From an uncultured virus (IMG/VR IMGVR_UViG_3300010885_080890) (taxonomy: Duplodnaviria; Heunggongvirae; Uroviricota; Caudoviricetes), in IMG/VR virus record IMGVR_UViG_3300010885_080890: a stretch of DNA of 64,000 nt, one strand, 5' to 3'. Positions 39,023 through 48,222 of the stretch are shown here, piece by piece. The position numbers and the translations under genes were made by a program. How positions within the stretch are numbered: the stretch's first letter is position 1; each line of letters opens with the position of its first letter. The notes below the pieces were generated by a model, which saw only the letters and a program-made list of their open reading frames with translations, made no database searches and was not told the DNA's origin.

Positions 39023-40957
39023 ATGGATAATACAGACAATGCAGTTGAGTCAGAACAAAATATAAAAAGTTCTGATAATGTTACTCTATTAAACAACAAG
39101 GAAGCTGAATTTTCTGTGCCTAGCTCTACTGATGAAAATATTTACTATACGTTAGCGTCATTAGAAGCTGATAGTCTCAATCGAAAAGTTTTAAGAGATA
39201 AAGAACTATACGGCGATTTAGATAAAGCTGATGAAAAAGCTAAGACTCTTTTAGAGCAGGACATGGTATTTGATATTCCTGAAATCAAGCCTGATGAAGC
39301 CTCGTTAAATATTAGCGACACTAAAAAAGAAGATGCTTTCGCGCAGGAGCAACCTGCAAATATTGAGAGTGACAAGAGTAAAAAATCTCAAAACACTGAT
39401 TCACCTGTTAAAAGCGAAAATAATCAACTTGGTTCCACAAAAACTAAGCCCGTTGAACCATCTCAGCCTACAATAGCATCTAAAGCAAAGCAGGAAGCAG
39501 ATGAAATAAGACGTAACGCACAAATTCAAATAGAAAAAATGAAATCTGAGGTCTCGCAATCTGTAGAGCCTCCTCCAAATATATATGATGCTCCTAAGCC
39601 AAGACAGCAGTCGTCTCAAAGTACAGTTAATAATAAGAATAAAGAAAGCAAAGAAGAGGAAGGATCTACTTTAAAGAAATTTGAGGTACCACAATGGGCC
39701 GAAAACATTTCAAGAAAAATGCCTGTGCAACCAGAAGCTTTAAATGAAGACAGTTTGGCTGTAAGTAGGGAAGCTAGAGATATTAACCTGACTCAACCTG
39801 ATAAATCATCCTCTTTAGAACCTAAGAAAAAACCGGGTCAGTCACAAGCACCTGTAAAATTATCAGAAACATTACAATCTAAGACTGGTGATCAGCAGCC
39901 TGTTTTAGAAAGCTCTTCAACAAAAAATATTAAAAGTGACATCAATAAGACAGAAGAAATTACGGTGACAGATGGAAAAGACAAAATAGAAAAAAAACAA
40001 CCTAAAGAAGAGGTTAAACCGGAAAAGCCAGTATTGAATGTACAAGACATTCAGCAAGCTAGTACACCGCAACAAAATACTCAAAGTAACAACTCGGTTG
40101 ATTCACTTAAAAAGTTTTTAAATTTTTTGACACCGTCACAGCAAACAGAAGCAGCTGAAGTATTGAGTGAAAATAAACCACAACAGACACAAGATAATGA
40201 TATGCCACAACAGCAGCAACCTAATATAGATAATAACATAGAACAACCTACAGTTGTAGCTGGTCCAGAACCTGAAAATAAACCTAATATTCTTGATGAA
40301 CCTTTTCAAAATAAAAGACCTATAGACAATCCGCAAATTGCTGGTCAAGTTATGTCTATAATAAATTCAATCAACAATAATACTATAAACCCTAACTTAG
40401 ATCTTTTCAATTTCAAATCTTATGTTAACAAAGGTATTAAGGAAAGAGGATTGCTAAATCAAATGCCTCAAGTTAATAATATGGAAAATCTACTTAAACA
40501 GATACCATTTCTACAGCCTCCTTTAGCAGGTAATAATGAACCTCAACAAAATAGACCTCAAGGACAGATGCCTTTTCTTGATTTTAACTCCTTTGTACCT
40601 AAGGTTGAAGAGAAGAAGCAATCTACACCAATCACTAATAATAATGACAAACTATTAACAGATATGAATATAAACTTAAATAAAATTTCGGCCACCATAC
40701 AGCAATCTCAGCAGAATTTAATAAATTCATTAAATAATTTAAGCAATATTGCTAATCAAATCTTGAAAACAATACCTTCTATTTCTATATCGCAGGATAA
40801 TAGCTCTGTAGCCTCCGGGGGAAATCAAAAAAATTCTGGAAGATTTTCACCCACAGAAAACTTAAATTTAATTGGTAATTATAGAGACGATTTAGGTTTA
40901 ACACCTAGAAATTATACTACTAACACCGTATTTCCAGGGAATAATAGTATAGTATGA
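39023..40957 (+). CDS. Low-complexity Q/P/N/S-rich late protein (tape-measure gp29 position)
   Basis: TATAAATA 39011-39018; 644 aa; lies between hub chaperone and gp48-like gene. Confidence 0.5.
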   Translation: MDNTDNAVESEQNIKSSDNVTLLNNKEAEFSVPSSTDENIYYTLASLEADSLNRKVLRDKELYGDLDKADEKAKTLLEQDMVFDIPEIKPDEASLNISDTKKEDAFAQEQPANIESDKSKKSQNTDSPVKSENNQLGSTKTKPVEPSQPTIASKAKQEADEIRRNAQIQIEKMKSEVSQSVEPPPNIYDAPKPRQQSSQSTVNNKNKESKEEEGSTLKKFEVPQWAENISRKMPVQPEALNEDSLAVSREARDINLTQPDKSSSLEPKKKPGQSQAPVKLSETLQSKTGDQQPVLESSSTKNIKSDINKTEEITVTDGKDKIEKKQPKEEVKPEKPVLNVQDIQQASTPQQNTQSNNSVDSLKKFLNFLTPSQQTEAAEVLSENKPQQTQDNDMPQQQQPNIDNNIEQPTVVAGPEPENKPNILDEPFQNKRPIDNPQIAGQVMSIINSINNNTINPNLDLFNFKSYVNKGIKERGLLNQMPQVNNMENLLKQIPFLQPPLAGNNEPQQNRPQGQMPFLDFNSFVPKVEEKKQSTPITNNNDKLLTDMNINLNKISATIQQSQQNLINSLNNLSNIANQILKTIPSISISQDNSSVASGGNQKNSGRFSPTENLNLIGNYRDDLGLTPRNYTTNTVFPGNNSIV

Positions 40958-42426
40958 ACTTATTTGCATTTGAAAAATTTGGTTCTCCTAAACCTCAATA
41001 TCAAGGAGCTCCTCGCTTAGTTCCCGTTGGCTCTATAAGCGGACCCGGGGCAAACAACATAGCCAAAGATAGTTCAAGTTACGGACTGATTGATGTTGTT
41101 AATAATTTTCAATGGACTACCTCACCAAAGTCATCTAGGATGGAAGTACCTGCTATATTTTTAAAAGAAAAAAGACTTAAGAACAATTCATTGTATGCGC
41201 AAGTAGCTTACTACGGCATGGCTCTTGGCGGTATTTTAGGCGGCGCAGCTGGCGGTCTTACGGCTTTAAATAATTCTATCAGGCCTTTTATGACTTCTGT
41301 TTTAGGTGGGTTTGGTGCAGGTACTTTTACTCAGGTTTTAAATAACGCCTTAGGGCAGCTAACATCATATATTTCTGGTAATGCTGGCGCGGCTGAATCT
41401 GGTATTTTTAGTTCTAATATTACAAGAATAGCAGAGGGTGTAGGTGCTATAGCAGGGTGGAACGCTACACCAGAAACAATACAAGCAGGTGTAAATGCTA
41501 TTGCCTCCATATCCCAACAGTTAGGCAGATTTACTCCAGACAATTTTAATATACCTAGTCTTAATAGCGATATACTATCACCTTATGAAGGATTGTATAT
41601 TACAGAAGATACAAAATTTATTTATAATATGCCTTATTTCTCGAACGAACAGAATACTGTTAATAATATGTTTGGTGATTTTGATGAAGTAATGGGTGAA
41701 GGTGGTATAGATCCATTAAATGCATACGGTACAGCAAAAAATGTAAGGGCTGCAGCAAATTTTGTTTCTGGTACAGTTAATTTCGATGCCCCGGGCATCT
41801 ATATTGAAAAGCCAAAATTTTTCAATTTTAAAGAAACAGGCGAACAAATAAGGTTTAGTTTTCCTCTTATCAATACCGGATGGTCTACGTTTGAAGACGT
41901 GGTTCAGAATTGGCAATTAATGTACATGCTTGCCTATCAAAATCGCCCTAACAGAAGAACACGAGACTTAATTGATCCGGCAGTAATTTATGAAATTACA
42001 ATACCGGGGGTAAGATTTTACCCTTACGCATACATAAGCAGCATGGCTATTAATTTTGTAGGTGCTAGAAGAAGAATGAACATAAGAGTACCTTTAGAAG
42101 GTGGTCTGGGAACTATTAACACTATTATACCTGATGCCTATGTAATTGATATAACATTTACTACTCTTGTATCTGAAACACAGAATTTCTTGTATGCTTG
42201 CTTACATGACAAGCAAGATATCATAACAACATCAAGTTCTAGGTCGCCTTTTGATATTTTTGGTGATGATCTTTCTAAGAATTATTCAGGCGCATTAAAA
42301 CAAAATCTAAATCCCAATACACAGTCGTCCGCAAATAAGCTATTGAATGCGGCAGGAGATTTTGTACCTAGAGTCATTAATACATTTAAACAATCACCAT
42401 TAGATATATTAGGAGGCGGCTTGTGA
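40954..42426 (+). CDS. Baseplate tail-tube cap (gp48-like)
   Basis: Gly/Ala-rich insert then FSFPLIN...P.IYEI.IPG..YAYIS.M.I.F tube-fold segment. Confidence 0.55.
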   Translation: MNLFAFEKFGSPKPQYQGAPRLVPVGSISGPGANNIAKDSSSYGLIDVVNNFQWTTSPKSSRMEVPAIFLKEKRLKNNSLYAQVAYYGMALGGILGGAAGGLTALNNSIRPFMTSVLGGFGAGTFTQVLNNALGQLTSYISGNAGAAESGIFSSNITRIAEGVGAIAGWNATPETIQAGVNAIASISQQLGRFTPDNFNIPSLNSDILSPYEGLYITEDTKFIYNMPYFSNEQNTVNNMFGDFDEVMGEGGIDPLNAYGTAKNVRAAANFVSGTVNFDAPGIYIEKPKFFNFKETGEQIRFSFPLINTGWSTFEDVVQNWQLMYMLAYQNRPNRRTRDLIDPAVIYEITIPGVRFYPYAYISSMAINFVGARRRMNIRVPLEGGLGTINTIIPDAYVIDITFTTLVSETQNFLYACLHDKQDIITTSSSRSPFDIFGDDLSKNYSGALKQNLNPNTQSSANKLLNAAGDFVPRVINTFKQSPLDILGGGL

Positions 42427-42815
42427 TTGGATTAAGTGCTTTAGGCGGGTTTAGAAAAGATATTAATCTTTTAGAAAAAATACCATCTATTAGTTATGAA
42501 AATATTTTTCGTATGTATTTGACTGAAAATACTGATAATACAAATTTCTATTATTATAATTTGCTCAATAGTGTTTATTTTCCAGATGATATACCTAGCA
42601 GCATCTATTATGCTATTACGTTAAATAAAAGACTTCCATGGACAGCTATTAGTTATAATGAATATAGAACTACAGATTTATGGTGGCTAATTGTCTTAGC
42701 AAACAAAATACATAACCCAGTTTACTATCCCGCACCAGGTTCAACCTTAAGAATTATTAAACCTGAATATGTAAAGCTTATATTTAACGAAATAACCGCT
42801 CAAATAAAACAATAA
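42423..42815 (+). CDS. gp53: Baseplate wedge gp53-like (LysM-like)
   Basis: WTAISYNEYRTTDLWWLIVLANKIHNP...GSTLRI. Confidence 0.75.
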   Translation: MIGLSALGGFRKDINLLEKIPSISYENIFRMYLTENTDNTNFYYYNLLNSVYFPDDIPSSIYYAITLNKRLPWTAISYNEYRTTDLWWLIVLANKIHNPVYYPAPGSTLRIIKPEYVKLIFNEITAQIKQ

Positions 42816-44368
42816 TGAACCCAATAGTACAAAATTTGTCCTTTTCGAGTCAAGGCGAACATGTTCAAATTGGCGACATGCAGTATGAGTTTAATGTTCA
42901 GCTTTATAATGGCGATGGTAATTCTATAGGGATAAAATACCCTAGTATAGTAGAGCTTTGTATATCTGATTTAATTACTACATTTGCCCCTGATGGTTAT
43001 CTAATTTTTAATAATCCTTTAGATGCAATCGAGAGTGTTCAAAGCATATCAACAGATGTAAGAGGTATGCCTCAGCAGGCATTTACACCTTTCACTTTTA
43101 GAGGAGATGGTAGAGATTTTCTTGTTATAAATATAAAACCCTCTGTCAACATAGGTGACAGTGATCCACTTAATACATCGGATGATAATGAGTACTCTTT
43201 TAGCTATGTATTTACAGTGTACGATATGCAAGATATTATAACTGATGATAGAGAAGTTAAACTAAAAAAACTTTTTCTGTGTGACTTAACTTTTCAAATT
43301 TTAAATGAAAAAAATAGCTATTTTTCTACAGCTAAAATGACAGATGGAAAAGGTAAAAGTAATACCGAGAGAAGTGCTTTTACTGGACAAGCATTAAGAC
43401 AGCTACTATCAGATGTTTTATCTAAAGATACTAAGCTTAAACAATCTTTTAGTACCGAATGGGATCTTGGAAGTGAGAAAATATTTTACAGTAGCCCAGC
43501 TGGAAATAAAGCTATAGATGATTTGTATTACTTGTTAGATTATCATGTTAGTGGTAAAGAAAATGATTATTGCCCAGCATTATTGAGAAAAAGTAGAAAA
43601 AATGTATGGGCATTAACACCGATTACTAAATTATTTCGTACCGCTTACTATAAAGGATCTTCTTCTTTTGGAGATATAGGAGGAACCGGGTTATCAGAAA
43701 ATTTTATATTAGGAAAGCCTACTACTGGTGACTATGATCCGTTAAACGTTATTGAACGTAATCCTTCCTCTTCAGTATTTGCAAATAATTTACCAGATTA
43801 TTCTTATATAGAAAATTTTGAAAGTGCTAGTATATCTGCCACATCAAATACTTTAGGTGTTGCGACACATGTTGTTCATAGCTATGACCCGGCTAATAAA
43901 ACCTTTTCTATAGACTTAACAGAAAATAATATTAATAGTTCTTATAACAAATATAAAAAATATTTTGTTAATTCGCAGAAAGGTGTAATGGGGTCTTCAC
44001 CTAGCCCTAATATATTTTTAAACAAAACTAAGACAGAAAATAAATCAATTCAACACGTATTTAATCCCAACACAAATCAATCTATACGATTAAATTCAGG
44101 TACTAATAAAATTATGTTAAACTCAATTTTTAATAATACTACCATTGCTTTTAAAACAAGAGGCAGTATTCTAAGAGAAGCTGGTAAATTCTTTACTTTA
44201 GAGAGACGAGACTTTGCAAATAATTCTGCTTTTGATAATAAAATGCTAGGTACATATTTCATTACTAAGGTAGATCATGTATTTAAGAACGGTCAATATT
44301 ATAACTATATAGTAGGAGTTAAGACGTATGCTGCAGAAAGCATGAACATGTCTAATGAAATTATATGA
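42815..44368 (+). CDS. Baseplate hub protein (gp27-like)
   Basis: N-terminal I.EL.I.D...PDGYL; C-terminal RG...AGKF...GTYFITKVDHVF. Confidence 0.6.
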   Translation: MNPIVQNLSFSSQGEHVQIGDMQYEFNVQLYNGDGNSIGIKYPSIVELCISDLITTFAPDGYLIFNNPLDAIESVQSISTDVRGMPQQAFTPFTFRGDGRDFLVINIKPSVNIGDSDPLNTSDDNEYSFSYVFTVYDMQDIITDDREVKLKKLFLCDLTFQILNEKNSYFSTAKMTDGKGKSNTERSAFTGQALRQLLSDVLSKDTKLKQSFSTEWDLGSEKIFYSSPAGNKAIDDLYYLLDYHVSGKENDYCPALLRKSRKNVWALTPITKLFRTAYYKGSSSFGDIGGTGLSENFILGKPTTGDYDPLNVIERNPSSSVFANNLPDYSYIENFESASISATSNTLGVATHVVHSYDPANKTFSIDLTENNINSSYNKYKKYFVNSQKGVMGSSPSPNIFLNKTKTENKSIQHVFNPNTNQSIRLNSGTNKIMLNSIFNNTTIAFKTRGSILREAGKFFTLERRDFANNSAFDNKMLGTYFITKVDHVFKNGQYYNYIVGVKTYAAESMNMSNEII

Positions 44369-45192
44369 GCATTACTACAGATCCACAGCTAACACAAATA
44401 AATTTATTTTATAAGAAGGATTTTTACGAAAAAGCATCCAACTATCTTGGCGCAATACAAAGTTATTCTACTGAGCTCGGTTATGCTATAGAACATTCTA
44501 AGGCAAAAGTCGCTAATGACCCTATAACAGCGATGTCAGATTTCTACGTTAAGATGGATAATAGAATGAAAAGTATGGGAGCACAATTTACAGCGCATTG
44601 GATAAAAAATTATAATTTAACATTAGAAAAAGTAAGAAATGAAGTTGGTCTAAAAATTGGTACAGGTACTTTTTATCGCAGTTTTGGTGATAGTATTGGC
44701 AGTATAGCTAGACAAGAAACTCTTTACGATGAGAGCACCACATCAATTCAAAATAAAGCTTTTCCTGTGAGATATGGTTCTTCTATGTCGAACAAAATAC
44801 ACCCTCAAATACAATTACTTTATGCGGACTTTAGTAATAAACTTAATAAAATTTTTAATCAAAATTTACAAAATATACAATCAACAGGTTCTTTGTCTAC
44901 TAAATCCCATGGAGAAAATTTAGTGCCCGACGTGGAGCATTCAAAAAGAATACAGAGCATAATTGCAACGTTAAATCAAAAAATAAGGAATGAATTTAAG
45001 GAACTTTACAATGTAATACTTCTCTATTGTCAGTACAATCCTAGAGCATCAACTCAAAATATTCAATTTGTTCCAAATTTTAACATTACAGTTAATGTAG
45101 AAGGTAACAACTTAAATCAAGATATACTCTTTAATCAATTACAAGAAGTTAAGAAAGATATTGTCACGAAGACAATACTGGGACTAGGGTAA
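44365..45192 (+). CDS. Hypothetical protein (tail module)
   Basis: 275 aa coupled to hub gene. Confidence 0.65.
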   Translation: MSITTDPQLTQINLFYKKDFYEKASNYLGAIQSYSTELGYAIEHSKAKVANDPITAMSDFYVKMDNRMKSMGAQFTAHWIKNYNLTLEKVRNEVGLKIGTGTFYRSFGDSIGSIARQETLYDESTTSIQNKAFPVRYGSSMSNKIHPQIQLLYADFSNKLNKIFNQNLQNIQSTGSLSTKSHGENLVPDVEHSKRIQSIIATLNQKIRNEFKELYNVILLYCQYNPRASTQNIQFVPNFNITVNVEGNNLNQDILFNQLQEVKKDIVTKTILGLG

Positions 45193-45646
45193 CATTTACT
45201 GCCTCTGCTTGTGCCTCTATAACTTTTGCTTCGTCCAGAATGCGCTTAAACACCTCATCTCGACTTAATAAAAGTTTTTCTTTTCTATCATCGTCTTTCA
45301 ACATTTTTCTAGATTCAATTTCCATAATTTTTAAATCTTTTGCAGAGTCTTTCTTCATTTGTGTTACGTGAATATCTTTAATAATAGAAAGCGCACTCGA
45401 CACAGCCTTTAATGCCTCAGATAGTGCTTCTACCTCTCGACTTTCAGGGTTATTCATTACATAATCCTTTACACCTTCAACTATTTCAAGACCTTGAGTT
45501 ACTAGCTTACCAGTACTATTAAGTACAAAACTTTCTAACTTTTCCCTAGGTAGATCGAAATTATTATTGAGAAGATCCTTATTATTGTTTGTATTAACTT
45601 TTAATTGGGTTATTAAGTCGTCTACGCTAAATTCTTTTTCTGCCAT
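45164..45646 (-). CDS. Putative terminase small subunit (gp16-like)
   Basis: TATAAATA 45651-45658; helical, SREVEALSEALKA and LLLSRDEVFK resemble the gp16 pattern. Confidence 0.5.
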   Translation of the reverse strand: MAEKEFSVDDLITQLKVNTNNNKDLLNNNFDLPREKLESFVLNSTGKLVTQGLEIVEGVKDYVMNNPESREVEALSEALKAVSSALSIIKDIHVTQMKKDSAKDLKIMEIESRKMLKDDDRKEKLLLSRDEVFKRILDEAKVIEAQAEAVNVTLVPVLSS

Positions 45647-45694
45647 TCATTATTTATACCTTGAAATTAATATACAATATATTATATTATTACT

Positions 45695-46138
45695 ATGAGT
45701 AATGTTCCTTATTCCCCTAACATGAAGTTTGAGAAAACTCATCCTAACGCACAGCTTCCTAAGAAAAATTTTCCTACAGATTCTGGCTGGGATTTATTTG
45801 CTGTCGAAAATACTGTTATCCCTGCTAATGGCAAAGCTGTTGTGCCTGTTGGACTTAAGCTGGCCTATCTTGAAGACGGGTATTGGCTGAGTGTTGAGTC
45901 TAGATCCGGCTTGAGCTTTAAAAACTCCATTTTAGCCCACCCTGGAGTTATAGATCAAAACTATAGAGGCGACCTTGGTGTGCTACTATATAATCATAGC
46001 AGCGCGGATTATAATGTTTCAGCAGGTGAGAGAATAGCCCAGCTGGTATTACACTATAATATACAAATTAATGTTGATTGGGGTGCTATTCAACTGACGG
46101 ATAGAGGCGAAAAAGGATTCGGAAGTAGCGGTAAATGA
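45695..46138 (+). CDS. dut: Trimeric dUTPase
   Basis: SGWDL, SRSGL, GVIDQNYRG, RIAQL, RGEKGFGSSG. Confidence 0.95.
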   Translation: MSNVPYSPNMKFEKTHPNAQLPKKNFPTDSGWDLFAVENTVIPANGKAVVPVGLKLAYLEDGYWLSVESRSGLSFKNSILAHPGVIDQNYRGDLGVLLYNHSSADYNVSAGERIAQLVLHYNIQINVDWGAIQLTDRGEKGFGSSGK

Positions 46139-47070
46139 TAGATGTCGATAAAGTCTGGACGGAAAAATACCGTCCTGCAACATTGAATGATATAGTTTTA
46201 TCAGAAAAAAATAAATCTATACTTAAAAAGTTTGTTGATCAAGATGAAATTCCTAATCTTCTTTTTTGCGGGCATGCTGGTATAGGAAAAACAACATCAG
46301 CTAAAGTGCTTATTAATATACTTGACGCAGAACATATCTACCAAAATTGCTCTGAGGTGGGGATTGATGCAGTTCGGAATGATATAACAGGGTTTAGTAG
46401 AACAAAGAGTTTTAACGGTAAGAAGAAAATTGTTTTGCTAGATGAGATTGATGGAATGGCTTCTATAGAAGCGCAAAGATCTCTACGTAATGTTTTGGAA
46501 GAATACGCCGGGCACTGCAGATTTATATTGACTTGTAATTACAAGCACAGAGTTATTGTACCGCTGCAAAGCAGATGCCAGTCTATTGATCTAGATCCAA
46601 ATATTACTGAGGTTGCAAAGAGATGTTTCACCATCTTAAAGCAAGAGACAATTGCTGTTGACGAAGAAAATAAAAAGAGATTAGTTGGATTAATTAGAAA
46701 ATATTTTCCAGATATACGCAAGTGTATCAATGAAATGCAAAAGTTTTCCACAGACGGTAAGCTCACTATACCTGATTTAAATGTTAATAGTGACTTTGCC
46801 GATAAAATAATTAAACTAGTAACTAGCAAGAAGGTTCTACAGGGTCGAAAATTTGTTATTGAGAATGAAGCTTCTTTTAACGGGGATTACCCTATTTTGA
46901 TGAAAAATGTCTTTGATGAAATCTGTAAAGGTAATTATGGCTTAACAGAAAATCAAAAAAGAATGTGGCTTGTTACTACTGGCGAATACATGTACAGATC
47001 GGCATTAGTTCTAGATCAAGAAATAAATTTTTACTGTTTATTGTTGGCGTTATCAGAGATTAGCGCTTAG
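46135..47070 (+). CDS. gp44: Clamp loader large subunit gp44 (RFC-like)
   Basis: WTEKYRP, GHAGIGKTT, LDEID, FILTCN, PLQSRC, FPDIR, DQEIN. Confidence 0.93.
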   Translation: MIDVDKVWTEKYRPATLNDIVLSEKNKSILKKFVDQDEIPNLLFCGHAGIGKTTSAKVLINILDAEHIYQNCSEVGIDAVRNDITGFSRTKSFNGKKKIVLLDEIDGMASIEAQRSLRNVLEEYAGHCRFILTCNYKHRVIVPLQSRCQSIDLDPNITEVAKRCFTILKQETIAVDEENKKRLVGLIRKYFPDIRKCINEMQKFSTDGKLTIPDLNVNSDFADKIIKLVTSKKVLQGRKFVIENEASFNGDYPILMKNVFDEICKGNYGLTENQKRMWLVTTGEYMYRSALVLDQEINFYCLLLALSEISA

Positions 47071-47683
47071 GTAAATACTTGGCCGTAGATTTTCCTGGAT
47101 TAGGGAAATTAGGATTAACTTCTGGAGTGCGAGCATCTTTTGCAGGTGAGCTAGGTATTTGAACATTTACATTATTAAGTTTTCTATCACCTTCATTATC
47201 TTTATTATTACCTAAATCACTAGTCTGTGTTTGTCTAAAAGGGCGTAATGTTGCTTCAGCTGTTTTTTCTGCTTGCTCTAGCTTAGGGTCTATATTAACG
47301 TTACCTTCTCTTTTTAGACTATTAGGAACCGGGGCTAAATTAGGGTATGTATGTATAGGTTCTAAAAGATGTGCTGGTACAGTAATAAATTCACGATATA
47401 AACCAGGCGCAACCTCTTGAACTATGTCAACTATGAACGATTCTGCTTCGTTTTGTATATCACCAGAGTGAATAGTGGGTCTAACTGTTTTTATGGCGCT
47501 AACACGAAGATTGAGACCGCTATCTTTGAAAGATTTGGCCTTTTGAACATAGTTTGGAGCTTGCTTCTTGAAGAAATCATCACTAAATGCATTTTCTGTG
47601 AATTTAACTAAATCACCAGTTAGAAATCCACCTCTAGTAAACCTTTGAATAGAAGATTCATATAGCCTGACAAATTTGTTCAT
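47060..47683 (-). CDS. Hypothetical late protein
   Basis: TATAAATA 47690-47697 on minus strand; MNKFVRLYESS start; GFLTGDLVKF. Confidence 0.7.
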   Translation of the reverse strand: MNKFVRLYESSIQRFTRGGFLTGDLVKFTENAFSDDFFKKQAPNYVQKAKSFKDSGLNLRVSAIKTVRPTIHSGDIQNEAESFIVDIVQEVAPGLYREFITVPAHLLEPIHTYPNLAPVPNSLKREGNVNIDPKLEQAEKTAEATLRPFRQTQTSDLGNNKDNEGDRKLNNVNVQIPSSPAKDARTPEVNPNFPNPGKSTAKYLPKR

Positions 47684-47740
47684 ACATATTATTTATAGCT
47701 TAAAACCGTTAAATAAATACTTTTGTAACAAATATTACAC

Positions 47741-47748
47741 TATAAATA
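47741..47748 (+). promoter_or_regulatory. Late promoter TATAAATA
   Basis: 4 nt before gp25 ATG. Confidence 0.75.
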
Positions 47749-47752
47749 TAGT

Positions 47753-48220
47753 ATGGCAGCTATTGTATTAAACTCGTTTTCGGCACCTGCTTCAGGCGCT
47801 TTATATAGAGACTTACTATTAGATCTTAAAATAAACTATACTAGAAACCTACAATTAGAAAAACATAGAGAAGTGAAGGATTTGCAAAGATCAGAAGATA
47901 TAGGCGCAATTAAAAATAGCCTATTTAATTTATTTACTACTATACCTGGTCAAAAAATATTAAACCCTATTTATGGCTTAAATTTATTGCAATATTTATT
48001 TGTACCCGCGTCAACATCACAAGCTAGAATTATTGGGGAGGTAATCTTTACTGGTGTAAAAAGATTTGAACCTAGATTATTAATTCGCAAGGTTAACGTT
48101 GAAGCTATCGAAGATCAGAATCAATATAACGTAGCAATGATAATGGATGTACCCTCTTTAAACGTTACAAATGTATCTTTAAATGGAACATTAAATGATT
48201 CGGGATTTTATTATAATTAA
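47753..48220 (+). CDS. gp25: Baseplate wedge protein gp25
   Basis: YRDL, AIKNSLFNLFTT.PGQK..NP.YG, FEPR. Confidence 0.88.
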   Translation: MAAIVLNSFSAPASGALYRDLLLDLKINYTRNLQLEKHREVKDLQRSEDIGAIKNSLFNLFTTIPGQKILNPIYGLNLLQYLFVPASTSQARIIGEVIFTGVKRFEPRLLIRKVNVEAIEDQNQYNVAMIMDVPSLNVTNVSLNGTLNDSGFYYN

Positions 48221-48222
48221 AC

